Shown: positions 1 to 16,474 of the stretch, piece after piece | Layout of the letters: each line of letters opens with the position of its first letter | Position numbering within the stretch: position 1 is the first letter of the stretch | Assembly (NCBI GenBank): GCA_913775595.1 | Contig: CAJYLB010000001.1 | Location: 310,001-374,000 of the forward strand | Direction of reading: 5' to 3' | Length of the DNA: 64,000 nucleotides | From: an uncultured Aquiluna sp. | GTDB lineage: Bacteria; Actinomycetota; Actinomycetes; Actinomycetales; Microbacteriaceae | Translations under genes and position numbers: made by a program | The notes under the pieces: generated by a model | Seen by the model: the letters and a program-made list of their open reading frames with translations, nothing else | The model's database searches: none | Told to the model about the DNA's origin: nothing

Positions 1-649
<649 letters not shown>

Positions 650-650
<1 letters not shown>

Positions 651-3121
651 TGAAGGTCCCACTCAGTTGGCTTGGTGAGTTCGTAGAGCTACCAAAGGAC
701 GCAACGCCTCACGCGGTAATGGAAGATCTTGTGCGAGTTGGACTCGAGGAAGAGTCCTCAATCGGCGGCGAAATCACCGGACCTGTCGTGGTTGGCAAGG
801 TCTTGGACTTTGTTGAGGAGCCGCAGTCCAATGGCAAGACCATCCGGTGGTGCCAAGTTCAGGTTGGCCCAGACGCAGGAGACGTTCGAGGCATAGTTTG
901 TGGCGCGAGAAACTTTGAAGTTGGCGACAAGGTTGTAGTCACCCTGCCAGGTGCAGTTCTGCCGGGCGGTTTTGAAATTGCTGCTCGAAAGACCTATGGC
1001 CACATCTCCGATGGAATGATTGCCTCTGCCAAGGAGCTCAGCCTCAGCGATGATCACGAGGGCATTCTGCGTCTTGTGACTCTGGGGCTAGATCCTGAGC
1101 TCGGCACCGATGCACTTGAGCTTCTAGGTTTGAGCGAGTCTGCGGCGGAGGTCAATGTCACCCCCGACAGGGGCTACTGCTTTTCCATCAGGGGGATTGC
1201 GAGGGAGTACTCACATGCGACCTCTCGAAAATTCACGGATCCTGCATCGCTGGTAAGTCCTGCGCAGGTCTCAGGCTTTGCTTTGAAAGTGGGGGATTCG
1301 GCTCCCATTCACGGAACAGCAGGATGCTCTAACTTTTTGCTAGTTGGCGTAGAGAACATAGATGCGACCTCTCCCACGCCGAGCTGGATGGCCACCAGGC
1401 TCAAGCTAGCCGGCATGAGGTCTATTTCAATTGCCGTGGACATCACCAACTACGTCATGCTGGAGCTTGGTCAGCCTCTTCACGCCTACGATCTGGACAA
1501 GCTCACCGGAGGCATTGAAGTAAGGCGAGCAAAAAAGGGCGAGAAGATAACCACCCTTGATGACAAAGAGCGTGAACTTCATGAGGAAGATCTTCTGATT
1601 ACGGACGAGAGCGGTCCGATTGGCATCGCTGGCGTGATGGGTGGAGCGAGCACCGAGGTTTCAGACAGCACCACTCGGATACTGCTAGAGGCCGCAATTT
1701 TTGATCCGATTTCCATTGCTCGCTCGGCTCGCCGGCACAAGCTGCCGTCCGAGGCCTCCCGGCGCTTTGAGCGCGGGGTCGACCACAAGGTTTCTGCTTA
1801 TGCCGCCGCCAGGGCAGCCCAGCTACTTATCGAGCATGCTGGAGGAAAGCTGTCGGGGCTCGGTGCCGAGTTCAAAACCGACATTTCCCCCGCGGTAATT
1901 TCAATGCTGGCTGGCTTCCCATCCGAGCTTGTCGGCTATAAATACTCGGAAAAAGAAGTTGTTGCTGCCCTTGAGATGATCGGCTGCAAAGTATCGTCAA
2001 AGGCGGGGGTCCTTGAGGTTGAGGCACCGTCATGGCGGCCAGATTTGCAGCACAAGACAGACCTTGCCGAAGAGGTTGCCAGGCTCGTTGGTTACGACAA
2101 GATTCCTGCCACGATTCCAGTAGCACCGCCTGGCCGAGGACTAACTCGAAACCAGCAGCTCCGTAGAAAAGTACTTGGTTCCCTTGTTGGGGCCGGCTTT
2201 GTCGAGGTTCTGAACTATCCGTTCTACTCGCCTGAGCAGAACTCCTGGTTCTCTCAATTGGATGCAGTTCGATTGGAGAATCCGATTCAGAGTGAGTCCG
2301 GAGAGCTGCGCAAAGAGTTGTTGCCCGGGCTACTGCAGGCTGCAGCCAGAAACCTATCCCGTGGAAGCACCAGTCTTGCTCTCGTTGAGGAGGGATCTGT
2401 CTTTTTGGCGGGTGGAAAGCCCGTTACCTCTTTGCCGGTAGGCAATGAGCGTCCAAGCGAAAAGGTGCTAAAAGAACTCGATGCAGCAATCCCCGCACAG
2501 CCAAGGAAGCTGGCGGGTGTGGTGCTCGGAGACTGGGTTCCCCAGCAGCCGGGCCGCAGTTCAATTCAGGCTGGTTACGAGCATGCAATCTCTGGTCTAA
2601 AGGCTGCCCTCGGGACAATCGCTGTGGAGGTAGAACTAGCCCAGGCCGAGGTTATGGGTCTTCACCCAGGCAGGGGAGCGAAGGTCATGGTTTCGGGCAA
2701 AGAGGTCGGCATAGTGGGTGAGATTCACCCAGACATTGCCGATGAACTTCACCTCTCTGGTCGTGTCGGCGCCTTCGAGGTTGACCTGAGCGCCGTTTTT
2801 GCACTTGCTCCAGAGTTAGTAACAGCTCAAGAGATTGGCGTAATGCCGGCTGCCACCCAGGACCTGTCCTTGGTGGTTGACCTGGATGTCTCGGCAGCAG
2901 AGCTCATGCAAACCATCAGGAGCGGTGCGGGCGAGCTGCTCGAGAAGATTTCACTCGTTGATGACTGGCGGTCAGAGAGCCTGGGCGATAAGAAGTCACT
3001 CACCTTCTCGCTGTTATTTAGGGCGCGGGACAAGACTCTCACTGCAGCAGAGGCGACGGCCGCAAAGGATGCCGCGGTTGCCATGGCAGCCAAGCAGCAT
3101 GGTGCGGAGCTGAGGGCATGA
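650..3121 (+). CDS. pheT: Phenylalanine--tRNA ligase beta subunit
   Basis: 823 aa, with [44 protein letters not shown] and [13 protein letters not shown]. Follows pheS. Confidence 0.97.
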
Positions 3122-4164
3122 CGATACAGGTTGCGGTGGCAGGTGCCAGCGGCTACGCAGGCGGAGAGCTGCTGAGGCTGATCTCGGCACATCCAATGCT
3201 TGATTTGGGAAACGTCACGGCATTTTCCAATGCCGGGGAAAAGCTAGGGAAGTTGCAGCCTCACCTTGGAGAGTTTGCGGACAGAGTGCTCATGGAGACC
3301 ACCGCTGAGAATCTCATGGGTCATGAGGTTGTCTTCCTTGCCCTGCCACATGGACAGAGCGCTGCAATTGCAAATCAGCTTCCAGAGCACATGTTGGTAA
3401 TTGATTGCGGTGCAGATTTCAGGCTTCACGACCCAGCGGCCTGGCGCGACTATTACGGTGGCGAGCACGCTGGAACCTGGCCCTACGGACTGCCAGAAAT
3501 GGTCACCGCCGATGGCGGAAAGCTTCGCGGCAGACTGCGCGAGCAGCGCAGGATTGCGGTTCCCGGTTGCAACGTAACAGCGGTGACTTTAGCCCTAGCT
3601 CCAGCCGCAACTAGTGACCTGATCGAGGTCGATGACATAGTGGCAACTCTGGCTGTTGGAACCTCGGGGGCAGGAAGGGCTGCGAAGCCAGATCTCCTGG
3701 CTACGGAGGTCATGGGCTCTGCCAGGGCTTACTCGGTTGGAGGTGTTCATCGTCACATTCCTGAGATGCTTCAGAACCTAGCTATTGCTTCGGGTAAGCG
3801 TGGGTCGATTTCTTTCACGCCGATTTTGATTCCGATGTCGAGGGGTATTTTTGCGTCGGTGGCCGCCAAGCCAGGGAGTCGCTTCTCAATGGAATACATC
3901 CGAGAGGTTTACCAGGACGCTTACTCGGACGAGGAATTCGTCAAGCTGCTGCCGGCGGGTGAGATTCCGCAGACCGGTGCGGTAGTCGGATCAAACATGG
4001 CGCACGTCGCCATTGAATTTGACGAAAAAGCCGGACGGGTGCTCTTCATGTGTGCAATTGACAATCTTGTGAAGGGAACAGCGGGAGCTGCAATCCAGAG
4101 CATGAACATCGCACTTGGCTTGACAGAGCAGACTGGTCTTTCGGCAGTTGGTGTTGCCCCTTGA
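3118..4164 (+). CDS. argC: N-acetyl-gamma-glutamyl-phosphate reductase
   Basis: [11 protein letters not shown]ossmann motif, catalytic region AVPGC, and [17 protein letters not shown]. Confidence 0.96.
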   Translation: MTIQVAVAGASGYAGGELLRLISAHPMLDLGNVTAFSNAGEKLGKLQPHLGEFADRVLMETTAENLMGHEVVFLALPHGQSAAIANQLPEHMLVIDCGADFRLHDPAAWRDYYGGEHAGTWPYGLPEMVTADGGKLRGRLREQRRIAVPGCNVTAVTLALAPAATSDLIEVDDIVATLAVGTSGAGRAAKPDLLATEVMGSARAYSVGGVHRHIPEMLQNLAIASGKRGSISFTPILIPMSRGIFASVAAKPGSRFSMEYIREVYQDAYSDEEFVKLLPAGEIPQTGAVVGSNMAHVAIEFDEKAGRVLFMCAIDNLVKGTAGAAIQSMNIALGLTEQTGLSAVGVAP

Positions 4165-5312
4165 CCGTCAGCTTTCCTCAAGGCTTCAGCGCATCAGGTG
4201 TAGTTGCGGGTTTGAAGCCAAGTGGCAAAAAGGACATCGCTTTGGTCTTGAATGAGGGTCCGATCAGTTCCGCGGCCGCTGTTTTCACTTCGAACCGCTG
4301 CAAGGCCAATCCAATTCTCTGGTCCCAAGAGGTCATTAGGTCGGGAAGCGTTAGGGCCATCGCCCTGAATTCTGGTGGGGCAAACTGCTACACCGGACCT
4401 CAAGGTTTTCAGACCACGCACGCAACAGCAGAGAAGGTTGCCGAGTTGATTGGCTCGGGTGCAGCGGAGGTTTTGGTTTGTTCCACCGGTTTGATTGGGG
4501 AGCAGCTCAACCGCGAGAAGGTGCTAGCTGGCATGGAGCTGGCGTTTGAAAACCTCGATGTCAGTGGGGGCATGGACGCTGCCGAGGCGATCATGACCAC
4601 GGACACCGTTTCCAAGACAGCCATCCGTGAGGGCCAAGGTTACAGACTCGGCGGCATGGCCAAAGGTGCAGGGATGTTGGCACCGGCTCTTGCCACCATG
4701 CTCGTGGTTCTAACGACAGATGCAGAGCTCTCAGCCGCAGAGCTCGACGCTGCGCTCCGGGCAGCAACAGCACTGAGTTTCGACAGGCTGGATTCAGACG
4801 GAGCGATGTCCACCAACGATCAGGTAACCCTCATGGCATCTGGTGCCTCGGGGGTAAGACCGGAACTGGGTGAGTTCCAGGCTTTGTTGACGGACCTCTG
4901 TAAAGAATTGGCTCTGAAGTTGCTAGATGATGCGGAGGGCGCAAGCCACAACATCCACATCACGGTTTCTGAGGCCGCGAGTGAGGCGGATGCAGTTGAG
5001 GTCGGAAGGGCAGTTGCGAGAAATAACTTGTTTAAGACCGCAATCTTTGGAAATGATCCGAATTGGGGAAGAATTCTTGCGGCCATTGGAACCACGAAGG
5101 CTGCATTTGATCCCTATGGAATTGACGTTTCGATCAACTCAGTCTTGATTTCTTCAAATGGAATGCCAGCCAGGGACCGTTCGGAAGTGGATCTCAGTGG
5201 CAAAGAGGTAGTAATTGATATCAATCTCCACGCGGGAGATGCCAAGGCCACGGTTGTGACAAACGACCTTACGCACGCCTACGTCGAAGAGAACAGTGCA
5301 TACTCAAGCTAA
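4161..5312 (+). CDS. argJ: Bifunctional ornithine acetyltransferase/N-acetylglutamate synthase
   Basis: Autocleavage region [17 protein letters not shown], plus [14 protein letters not shown] and DPNWGRI. Confidence 0.96.
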   Translation: MTVSFPQGFSASGVVAGLKPSGKKDIALVLNEGPISSAAAVFTSNRCKANPILWSQEVIRSGSVRAIALNSGGANCYTGPQGFQTTHATAEKVAELIGSGAAEVLVCSTGLIGEQLNREKVLAGMELAFENLDVSGGMDAAEAIMTTDTVSKTAIREGQGYRLGGMAKGAGMLAPALATMLVVLTTDAELSAAELDAALRAATALSFDRLDSDGAMSTNDQVTLMASGASGVRPELGEFQALLTDLCKELALKLLDDAEGASHNIHITVSEAASEADAVEVGRAVARNNLFKTAIFGNDPNWGRILAAIGTTKAAFDPYGIDVSINSVLISSNGMPARDRSEVDLSGKEVVIDINLHAGDAKATVVTNDLTHAYVEENSAYSS

Positions 5313-6199
5313 TGAAGCCGCAGCAGTCAGATAACGCACTAGCCAAGATTAAGGCGGAGACCCTCATTGAGTCTCTTGACTGGCTGAAGGATTTTCACGG
5401 TCGGGTAGTCGTCATCAAATTTGGCGGCAATGCGATGGTCGACGAAGACCTTCAGCGGGCTTTTGCGCAAGACATGGCCTACCTGCGCTTTGTCGGAATC
5501 AAACCCGTTGTAGTTCACGGTGGAGGCCCGCAGATCACGGCAAAGCTTGCCGAGCTGGGAATTGAGAGCGAGTTTCGCGGAGGCCTCAGATACACCGACG
5601 AGAAGACTATTGAGGTGGTGCGGGACGTTTTGAGGAATCAGATTGGCGCCCAGCTCGCCTCCCTAATTGGAGCTAGCGGTGCAGTGGCAAAGGTGCTATC
5701 CGGCGAGGATGATGACCTTTTCCGAGCAGTCAAGGTGAAGGGTAAGGGCCCTGATGGCGAGGTAGACCTTGGGCTTGTTGGGGAAGTTAGAAGCGTTAAT
5801 CCCAGAAGCGTTGTTCAGGCGATCGAGCGGGGAGATGTCCCAGTGATTTCAACGGTTGCCCCAACTACCCAGGGTGAGCTACTGAATGTGAATGCGGATC
5901 TTGCCGCGGCTTCCCTTGCCGTCGCACTGGGAGCTGAGAAGCTCATGGTGCTGACCGACGTTGCTGGGCTCTACGCAGATTGGCCCAACCGCGACTCACT
6001 GGTCTCTGAGATAACCGCCAATGAGCTGCGGGAGCTGATGCCCGCCTTGGAGTCTGGCATGATTCCTAAGATGCAAGCCTGTCTGGATGCCGTGGATGGT
6101 GGTGTGCCCAAGGCGCACATTATTGATGGGCGCGAGCCTCACAGCATTCTGTTGGAAATCTTTACAGCATCAGGTGTTGGCACACAGGTGACGAGGTAG
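5312..6199 (+). CDS. argB: Acetylglutamate kinase
   Basis: [26 protein letters not shown] and GMIPK motifs. Confidence 0.96.
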   Translation: MKPQQSDNALAKIKAETLIESLDWLKDFHGRVVVIKFGGNAMVDEDLQRAFAQDMAYLRFVGIKPVVVHGGGPQITAKLAELGIESEFRGGLRYTDEKTIEVVRDVLRNQIGAQLASLIGASGAVAKVLSGEDDDLFRAVKVKGKGPDGEVDLGLVGEVRSVNPRSVVQAIERGDVPVISTVAPTTQGELLNVNADLAAASLAVALGAEKLMVLTDVAGLYADWPNRDSLVSEITANELRELMPALESGMIPKMQACLDAVDGGVPKAHIIDGREPHSILLEIFTASGVGTQVTR

Positions 6200-6201
6200 A
6201 G

Positions 6202-7125
6202 ATGACTAGGCACTTTTTGAAAGATGATGACCTAACACCTGTAGAGCAGGCCGACATCATTGAACGGGCTATCAGGCTCAAAGCCGACAGGTTTTCAGAG
6301 CGCCCTTTTGCTGGGCCGCAGACCGTAGCGGTCATCTTTGACAAGACCTCAACTCGCACGCGCGTTTCCTTTGCGGTGGGGATCTCAGATCTCGGGGGAG
6401 TACCACTGATTTTGGACACTGGAGTATCGCAGCTGGGCAAGAAGGAATCGGTGGCTGACACTGCCAAGGTCCTGGAGCGCCAAGTCGCTCAGATTGTCTG
6501 GCGCACCTACGCCCAAAGCGGGCTTGAGGAGATGGCTGCAAACTCAAAGGTGCCAGTCATCAATGCACTGAGTGACTCCTGGCATCCTTGCCAGCTCCTT
6601 GCAGATTTGGTGACCATTCGAGAGCACTTCGGAAAGACGCAGGGCCTGAAGCTTGCCTATGTCGGTGACGCGGCGAACAACATGGCAAACAGTTACCTGG
6701 TGGCATGTGCGCTTGCTGGTATGAGCGTTTCTGTTGCGGCTCCAGAGGGGTATCTGCCAGATCAAGAGGTGGTCTCGCGGGCAAGAGAGATTGCAGCGTT
6801 GCAAGGCGGCACTATTGAGACAACAAGTGACCCAGGGCAGGCGGTCGAGGGTGCGAACGTCATTGCAACCGACACTTGGATATCAATGGGCATGGAAGAG
6901 GAGGCGGAAGAGCGCAAGCGCGACTTTGCCGGCTTCACCGTGGACCAGGCGCTTATGGATGCGGCGAGCAGCGATGCAGTTTTCCTGCATTGCCTGCCGG
7001 CATATCGGGGGTTCGAGGTGAGCGCCGAAGTTATTGACGGACCTCGTTCAATGGTTTGGCAAGAGGCCGAGAATCGACTCCACGCCCAAAAGGCCCTAAT
7101 GGCCTGGCTTGCCGAGCAAAACTAG
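6202..7125 (+). CDS. argF: Ornithine carbamoyltransferase
   Basis: STRT carbamoyl-phosphate motif, HPCQ, HCLP and QEAENRLH. Confidence 0.96.
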   Translation: MTRHFLKDDDLTPVEQADIIERAIRLKADRFSERPFAGPQTVAVIFDKTSTRTRVSFAVGISDLGGVPLILDTGVSQLGKKESVADTAKVLERQVAQIVWRTYAQSGLEEMAANSKVPVINALSDSWHPCQLLADLVTIREHFGKTQGLKLAYVGDAANNMANSYLVACALAGMSVSVAAPEGYLPDQEVVSRAREIAALQGGTIETTSDPGQAVEGANVIATDTWISMGMEEEAEERKRDFAGFTVDQALMDAASSDAVFLHCLPAYRGFEVSAEVIDGPRSMVWQEAENRLHAQKALMAWLAEQN

Positions 7126-7151
7126 ACTTAGACAAACTCGGGTTAGGAACA

Positions 7152-8552
7152 ATGGCACAAAGTAGCGATGCCCTATGGGGCGGCAGGTTCGAAGGAACCA
7201 CCGCAGACGCCATGGCCGCCCTGAGTAAGTCAACACAATTCGACTGGCGCCTTGCCAAATACGACCTCAGGGGCACTTCAGCCCATGTCAAGGCACTCAA
7301 TGCCGCGGGCTATCTCAATGATGACGAGCTCGGGGTGATTGAAAAGGCGATCAGGGAGCTCACCAAGAGGGTCGAGGCGGGAAGCTTCAAGCCCCGGCCA
7401 GAGGAAGAAGATGTTCACGCGGCCCTAGAGCGCGGCCTGATTGAGATAGCAGGTAGTGAGGTGGGCGGCAAGATACGCACCGGGCGCAGCCGCAATGACC
7501 AGATCGCAACCCTCATTCGCATGTTCATGTCAGATGCCGCAGATGCCATCGAGGAGCAGATTCTCAGTTACATCGAGGCACTTAGCGGCAAGGCAGAGGA
7601 GTACATGGGCGCAGCTATGGCTGGGAGGACTCATTTCCAGCACGCGCAGCCCGTTTTGCTTTCACACCACCTTGCAGCACACGCCTGGCCACAAGTTAGG
7701 AACCTGCAGCGGCTAGAGGACTTCAGGAAGCGACTAAACAAGTCCCCCTATGGCTCTGCCGCACTCGCTGGCAACACGCTGAACCTTGATGCAGCGGCTA
7801 TCGCGGAAGAGCTTGGGTTCGGTGGCACCACGGAAAACTCTATGGATGCGACTTCTGCCCGCGATCTTGTGGCTGAGTTTGCCTTCATCCTCTCGTTGGT
7901 TGCAATTGACCTATCTAGGCTCAGCGAAGAGGTCATCGCCTGGGCAACTGCGGAGTTCGGATACATCCAGCTGGATGATGCTTTTGCCACAGGCTCATCG
8001 ATAATGCCGCAGAAAAAGAACCCCGACATCGCAGAGCTCGCAAGAGGCAAGACCGGCAGAATCATCGGGAACCTGACTGGCCTTCTTGCAACTCTCAAGG
8101 CACTTCCGCTGTCATACAACCGCGACTTGCAGGAGGACAAGGAGCCACTCTTCGATTCCTTCGACCAGCTAATGCTCGTGATGCCGGCGATGACCGGAAT
8201 GATCGCAACAATGACCTTTAACCGTGGTCGTCTGGAAGACATGGCATCAGCTGGCTTCTCACTGGCAACAGACATCGCAGAGTGGTTAGTTCGCCAGGGA
8301 GTTACTTTTAGAGAAGCCCATGAAATCTCTGGGCAGCTGGTTAGATTCTGCGAGGAGAACGGGCTCGATCTTCAAGAACCGACTGACGAGCAGTACCTGG
8401 AAATCTCAAAGCACCTCAAGCCAGAGGTTCGAAAGGTTCTGAGCGTATCGAGCGCAATCGAGGGGCGAAGCGGAGCTGGCGGCACATCGTCGAAGCAGGT
8501 CATTGAGCAGCTGGTTCAGCTTCGCAAGCTCGTCGGGAAGGCAAAGAAGTAA
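7152..8552 (+). CDS. argH: Argininosuccinate lyase
   Basis: LWGGRF, GRSRNDQ, GSSIMPQKKNPD and YNRDLQEDK. Start re-called at ATG 7152 (after AGGA) because the ORF-track start overlaps argF. Confidence 0.96.
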   Translation: MAQSSDALWGGRFEGTTADAMAALSKSTQFDWRLAKYDLRGTSAHVKALNAAGYLNDDELGVIEKAIRELTKRVEAGSFKPRPEEEDVHAALERGLIEIAGSEVGGKIRTGRSRNDQIATLIRMFMSDAADAIEEQILSYIEALSGKAEEYMGAAMAGRTHFQHAQPVLLSHHLAAHAWPQVRNLQRLEDFRKRLNKSPYGSAALAGNTLNLDAAAIAEELGFGGTTENSMDATSARDLVAEFAFILSLVAIDLSRLSEEVIAWATAEFGYIQLDDAFATGSSIMPQKKNPDIAELARGKTGRIIGNLTGLLATLKALPLSYNRDLQEDKEPLFDSFDQLMLVMPAMTGMIATMTFNRGRLEDMASAGFSLATDIAEWLVRQGVTFREAHEISGQLVRFCEENGLDLQEPTDEQYLEISKHLKPEVRKVLSVSSAIEGRSGAGGTSSKQVIEQLVQLRKLVGKAKK

Positions 8553-9850
8553 TGGCCACCAAGGAAACACTTGCCGCACAGTCCAACGACAGTACTTTTG
8601 GCCACATTCTCGACGAGCTGCAGTGGCGAGGGCTTGTAGCACTCTCCACTGACGAAAAAGAACTCCGTAATGCACTCGATAGGCCCATGACCTTCTACTG
8701 CGGTTTTGACCCCACGGCTCCCAGTCTCCACTTGGGAAACCTGGTTCAGCTACTGACAATGCGAAGACTTCAGCTGGCAGGTCACAACCCGCTTGCATTG
8801 GTAGGTGGCGCTACCGGGTTAGTCGGCGACCCAAAGCCAAACTCAGAGCGAACCCTCAATGACCGTGAAACTGTTGCTCAGTGGGTGGAGAAGCTTGCCG
8901 AGCAAAACCGCAGATTCCTGAGTTTTGAAGGCAAGAACAAAGCCCAAATGGTCAACAATCTCGATTGGACCAGCGAATACAGTGCAATCGACTTCCTGAG
9001 AGAAATCGGCAAGCACTACCGGGTCGGGAAGATGATCTCCAAGGATGCGGTCTCGGCAAGGCTCAATTCAGAGGCTGGAATTAGCTACACAGAGTTTTCT
9101 TACCAAATCATGCAGGGGCTTGACTTCCTGGAGCTCTACCGCCGCTATGGCTGCACCATGCAAACAGGAGGTAGTGATCAGTGGGGCAACCTAACCTCGG
9201 GCACAGATCTCATTCACAGGGTCGAGGGCAAGAGTGTGCACCTAATCGCCACTCCTTTGATCACTAACGCGGATGGCAAGAAGTTCGGTAAGAGCGAGGG
9301 GAATGCCATTTGGCTGGACAGCGAACTAACTAGTCCCTATGCGATGTATCAGTTCTGGCTCAATACCGATGATGCCGATGTAATCGACCGCCTCAAGGTT
9401 TTTACCTTTCTGAGCCGCGCTGAAATTGCCGAATACCAAAAGCAGGTCGCGAGTGAACCTTTCAAGCGCGAGGCTCAGCGAAAGCTTGCTCTCGAGGTTA
9501 CTGAGATTGTGCATTCCAAACAGGAGGCCGAGAGTGCCCGGGATGCATCCCTCGCTCTTTTTGGAGGCGGTGACCTATCAGCTCTAGACGAGAAGACTCT
9601 TCGATCGGCGCTCGCCGAACTTCCGACAGCGGAGCTCAAAAAGGGTGCCTCGATAGTTGAGGCGCTCGTTGCAACCGGACTGGCCGAGTCCAACTCTGCT
9701 GCTAGAAGGGCTATTGAGCAGGGTGCGGTGAGTGTGAACAAGGATAAGATTTCGAGCGAGGACGATGAGCTGGGGCAACTTGGCGGCATGCCGCTTGCCG
9801 TGATTTCAAAGGGAAAGAAGAACCTTGCGGGCATCTTTTTTTCCCGCTGA
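8552..9850 (+). CDS. tyrS: Tyrosine--tRNA ligase
   Basis: YCGFDPTAPSLHLGN (HIGH), GGSDQWGN, KFGKS (KMSKS) and a C-terminal S4-like domain. Confidence 0.97.
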   Translation: MATKETLAAQSNDSTFGHILDELQWRGLVALSTDEKELRNALDRPMTFYCGFDPTAPSLHLGNLVQLLTMRRLQLAGHNPLALVGGATGLVGDPKPNSERTLNDRETVAQWVEKLAEQNRRFLSFEGKNKAQMVNNLDWTSEYSAIDFLREIGKHYRVGKMISKDAVSARLNSEAGISYTEFSYQIMQGLDFLELYRRYGCTMQTGGSDQWGNLTSGTDLIHRVEGKSVHLIATPLITNADGKKFGKSEGNAIWLDSELTSPYAMYQFWLNTDDADVIDRLKVFTFLSRAEIAEYQKQVASEPFKREAQRKLALEVTEIVHSKQEAESARDASLALFGGGDLSALDEKTLRSALAELPTAELKKGASIVEALVATGLAESNSAARRAIEQGAVSVNKDKISSEDDELGQLGGMPLAVISKGKKNLAGIFFSR

Positions 9851-9870
9851 CACGCCCGAAAAACATTTAT

Positions 9871-9900
9871 TTGACACGTTTACCAAAACGTAACTATGCT
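9871..9900 (+). promoter_or_regulatory. Putative rrn promoter P1 (TTGACA-N18-TATGCT)
   Basis: Perfect -35 hexamer and a TANNNT -10 upstream of 16S. Confidence 0.6.
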
Positions 9901-10062
9901 TTTGCAAGTTGTCCATAGCCGTGAGCATCTCGCAGAGATTCCCGGCTCAAGCACAACAGTTCTAGTCCCTTCGATATTGGCCCTTGTGGCCCATGTTTTT
10001 GGCGTCTAGGATTTAGGTCCGCAGATTGCTTTTCTGCCCCGAAATCTCAGGGAAACCAGGGA

Positions 10063-10091
10063 TTGCGGTGGAGGCAAGAAATCTGTAGGAT
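10063..10091 (+). promoter_or_regulatory. Putative rrn promoter P2 (TTGCGG-N17-TAGGAT)
   Basis: 17-bp spacing and a TANNNT -10. Followed by AAGTTG, as P1 is. Confidence 0.5.
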
Positions 10092-10140
10092 TGTTAAGTT
10101 GCTCTGGAGAGGACCCGAGAGGGAAATTCCAGAAGCATCC

Positions 10141-10159
10141 GATCTTTGAGAACTCAACA
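10141..10159 (+). promoter_or_regulatory. rrn leader boxA-like antitermination/processing element
   Basis: GATCTTTGAGAACTCAACA. A second TTTGAGAACT lies in the 16S-23S spacer (~12136). Confidence 0.6.
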
Positions 10160-10329
10160 GCGTGCACAATGTCGATGCCAAAAATCCTCGGCTAGAACTT
10201 CGGTTCTAGTAGAGATTCCTTTTGGATAAAGACGAATTGTCAGTAGACAGTTCATTAGCCAAATCAAATTGATCACCTCATTTCCGAGGTGTTCGTAAAG
10301 CTTGGCCTCTTCTGAGGCCAAACAATTCT

Positions 10330-11855
<1,526 letters not shown>

Positions 11856-12201
11856 AGCATCTCGAGAGGCTCACGCCTCTCATAGAGAGCCAGACGTAAG
11901 ACACACGTTCTTACCTGGTTAGCTCATGGGTGGAACATCACATTGGATGCAAATAGATTTCATTTCACTAGTACGCCCGCAAGGGTTGGAACGGATTTGA
12001 TTGAAGTTTTTATCAGCACGCTGTTGGGTCCTCGGGGATCGGAAGATAACCGAGGGCCATAAAGGTCTTTTTAGACCTTTTGGGCCTTTTGGCTCTTTGC
12101 AACTGGGGAACCAGGGGCATGGAGACCGCCCGTAATTTGAGAACTACATAGTGGACGCAAAGCATCTGATCTGGATTTATCCAGGTCAAACAAAAATAGT
12201 G

Positions 12202-15300
<3,099 letters not shown>

Positions 15301-15397
15301 AAAACACTATTTCTGCAATGCGTCCACTGTGTGGTTCTCGAGTTACGGTCGAGAACCGAAGATTGATTTCTTCGAAAGACTATAAAAACTCAATAGT

Positions 15398-15516
15398 GTT
15401 TCGGCGGCCATAGCGAGAGGGAAACGCCCGGTCCCATTCCGAACCCGGAAGCTAAGACTCTCAGCGCCGATGGTACTGCAAGGGGGACCTTGTGGGAGAG
15501 TAGGACACCGCCGGAC
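15398..15516 (+). rRNA. rrf: 5S ribosomal RNA
   Basis: CGGCGGCCATAGC...CCCATTCCGAACCCGGAAGCTAAG...GAGAGTAGGACACCGCCG with complementary ends. Confidence 0.97.
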
Positions 15517-15526
15517 TTACTTTAGA

Positions 15527-15559
15527 AATGGCCACCCAATCGGGTGGCCTTTTCTATTT
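15527..15559 (+). terminator. Intrinsic terminator of the rrn operon
   Basis: GGCCACCC-AATC-GGGTGGCC hairpin followed by TTTTCTATTT. Confidence 0.85.
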
Positions 15560-15571
15560 AATAACTGGAGC

Positions 15572-16474
15572 ATGATGGATAAACCAAGGGGCCAGAGGCC
15601 TGAGCGCAAAGGTGGTTCCGGCGCACCCTCCAGAGGATCTAAGGGCAAAGGTTCCGCTTACTCAAAAGGCCGTTCAGGGAAGCCCGGCGGATTCAAGGGC
15701 TCCTCTCCAAGGAGGAACCACCCCGAAAAACAAGTTGATCCGCGACCGAAGTTTGATTTTCCGCTGATTCCTGAAGAGGTTCAGGCAGAAGATCTCCACA
15801 TTTCAGTTCGAGCCCAGCTGAAAACTCTCAGCGATGAGAACCAGGAGATGGTTGCCAGGCACCTCCAGATGGTCTCAATGCTTATCGAAACTGATCCAGA
15901 GCTTGCCCACAGGCACGCGCTTGCCGCCAGCAAAAAGGCAGGTCGCATTGCGGTGGTCAGGGAAACTCTTGGCGTCACTGCCTATACGACAGGTGACTTT
16001 GCCCTTGCTCTCCGGGAGCTTCTAACTCATCGCCGCATCTCCGGATCGAATGATCAGCTACCACTGATTGTCGACTCAGAACGCGGGCTTGGCCGGCCTG
16101 CGAGGGCCATTGAGGCAGCTAGCGGGGTTGACCGCAAGAAGCTAGAGGTGGGTGTCAGGATTAATCTCGCGATTGCTTTGAGCGGCGCGAGGCTTGATCT
16201 CGGCCAGACGCAAGCTGCTCTTCAGGAGCTTGAAATCAAGGAACTGAGCCCCAACACTGTCTTTGAGCAGTCACCACTATTGTTCCGTTCCTATGCAGAG
16301 CTTCTTCGAGAGCTTGGCAAGGATGCCGGCGAATGGGATCGCTGGGCGGACTTAGCCGAGAAAGCTTTGGCTGAGGTAGATGGCGAGGTTGTTGATCTCG
16401 TGGAGGAGCTAAACATTCCAGAGCGTAAACCGCAGCGTAAGCCAGCTGGAGGCCGAAGAGATGCTGCTCGATAA
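15572..16474 (+). CDS. Conserved actinobacterial hypothetical protein (TPR-like helical domain, low-complexity basic N-terminus)
   Basis: Start re-called to ATG 15572 after GGAG, because the track start lies inside 5S. VARHL..AGRIAVVRE..ALRELLTHRRISGS matches the gene typically found between rrn and nagD/tlyA. Confidence 0.8.
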   Translation: MMDKPRGQRPERKGGSGAPSRGSKGKGSAYSKGRSGKPGGFKGSSPRRNHPEKQVDPRPKFDFPLIPEEVQAEDLHISVRAQLKTLSDENQEMVARHLQMVSMLIETDPELAHRHALAASKKAGRIAVVRETLGVTAYTTGDFALALRELLTHRRISGSNDQLPLIVDSERGLGRPARAIEAASGVDRKKLEVGVRINLAIALSGARLDLGQTQAALQELEIKELSPNTVFEQSPLLFRSYAELLRELGKDAGEWDRWADLAEKALAEVDGEVVDLVEELNIPERKPQRKPAGGRRDAAR

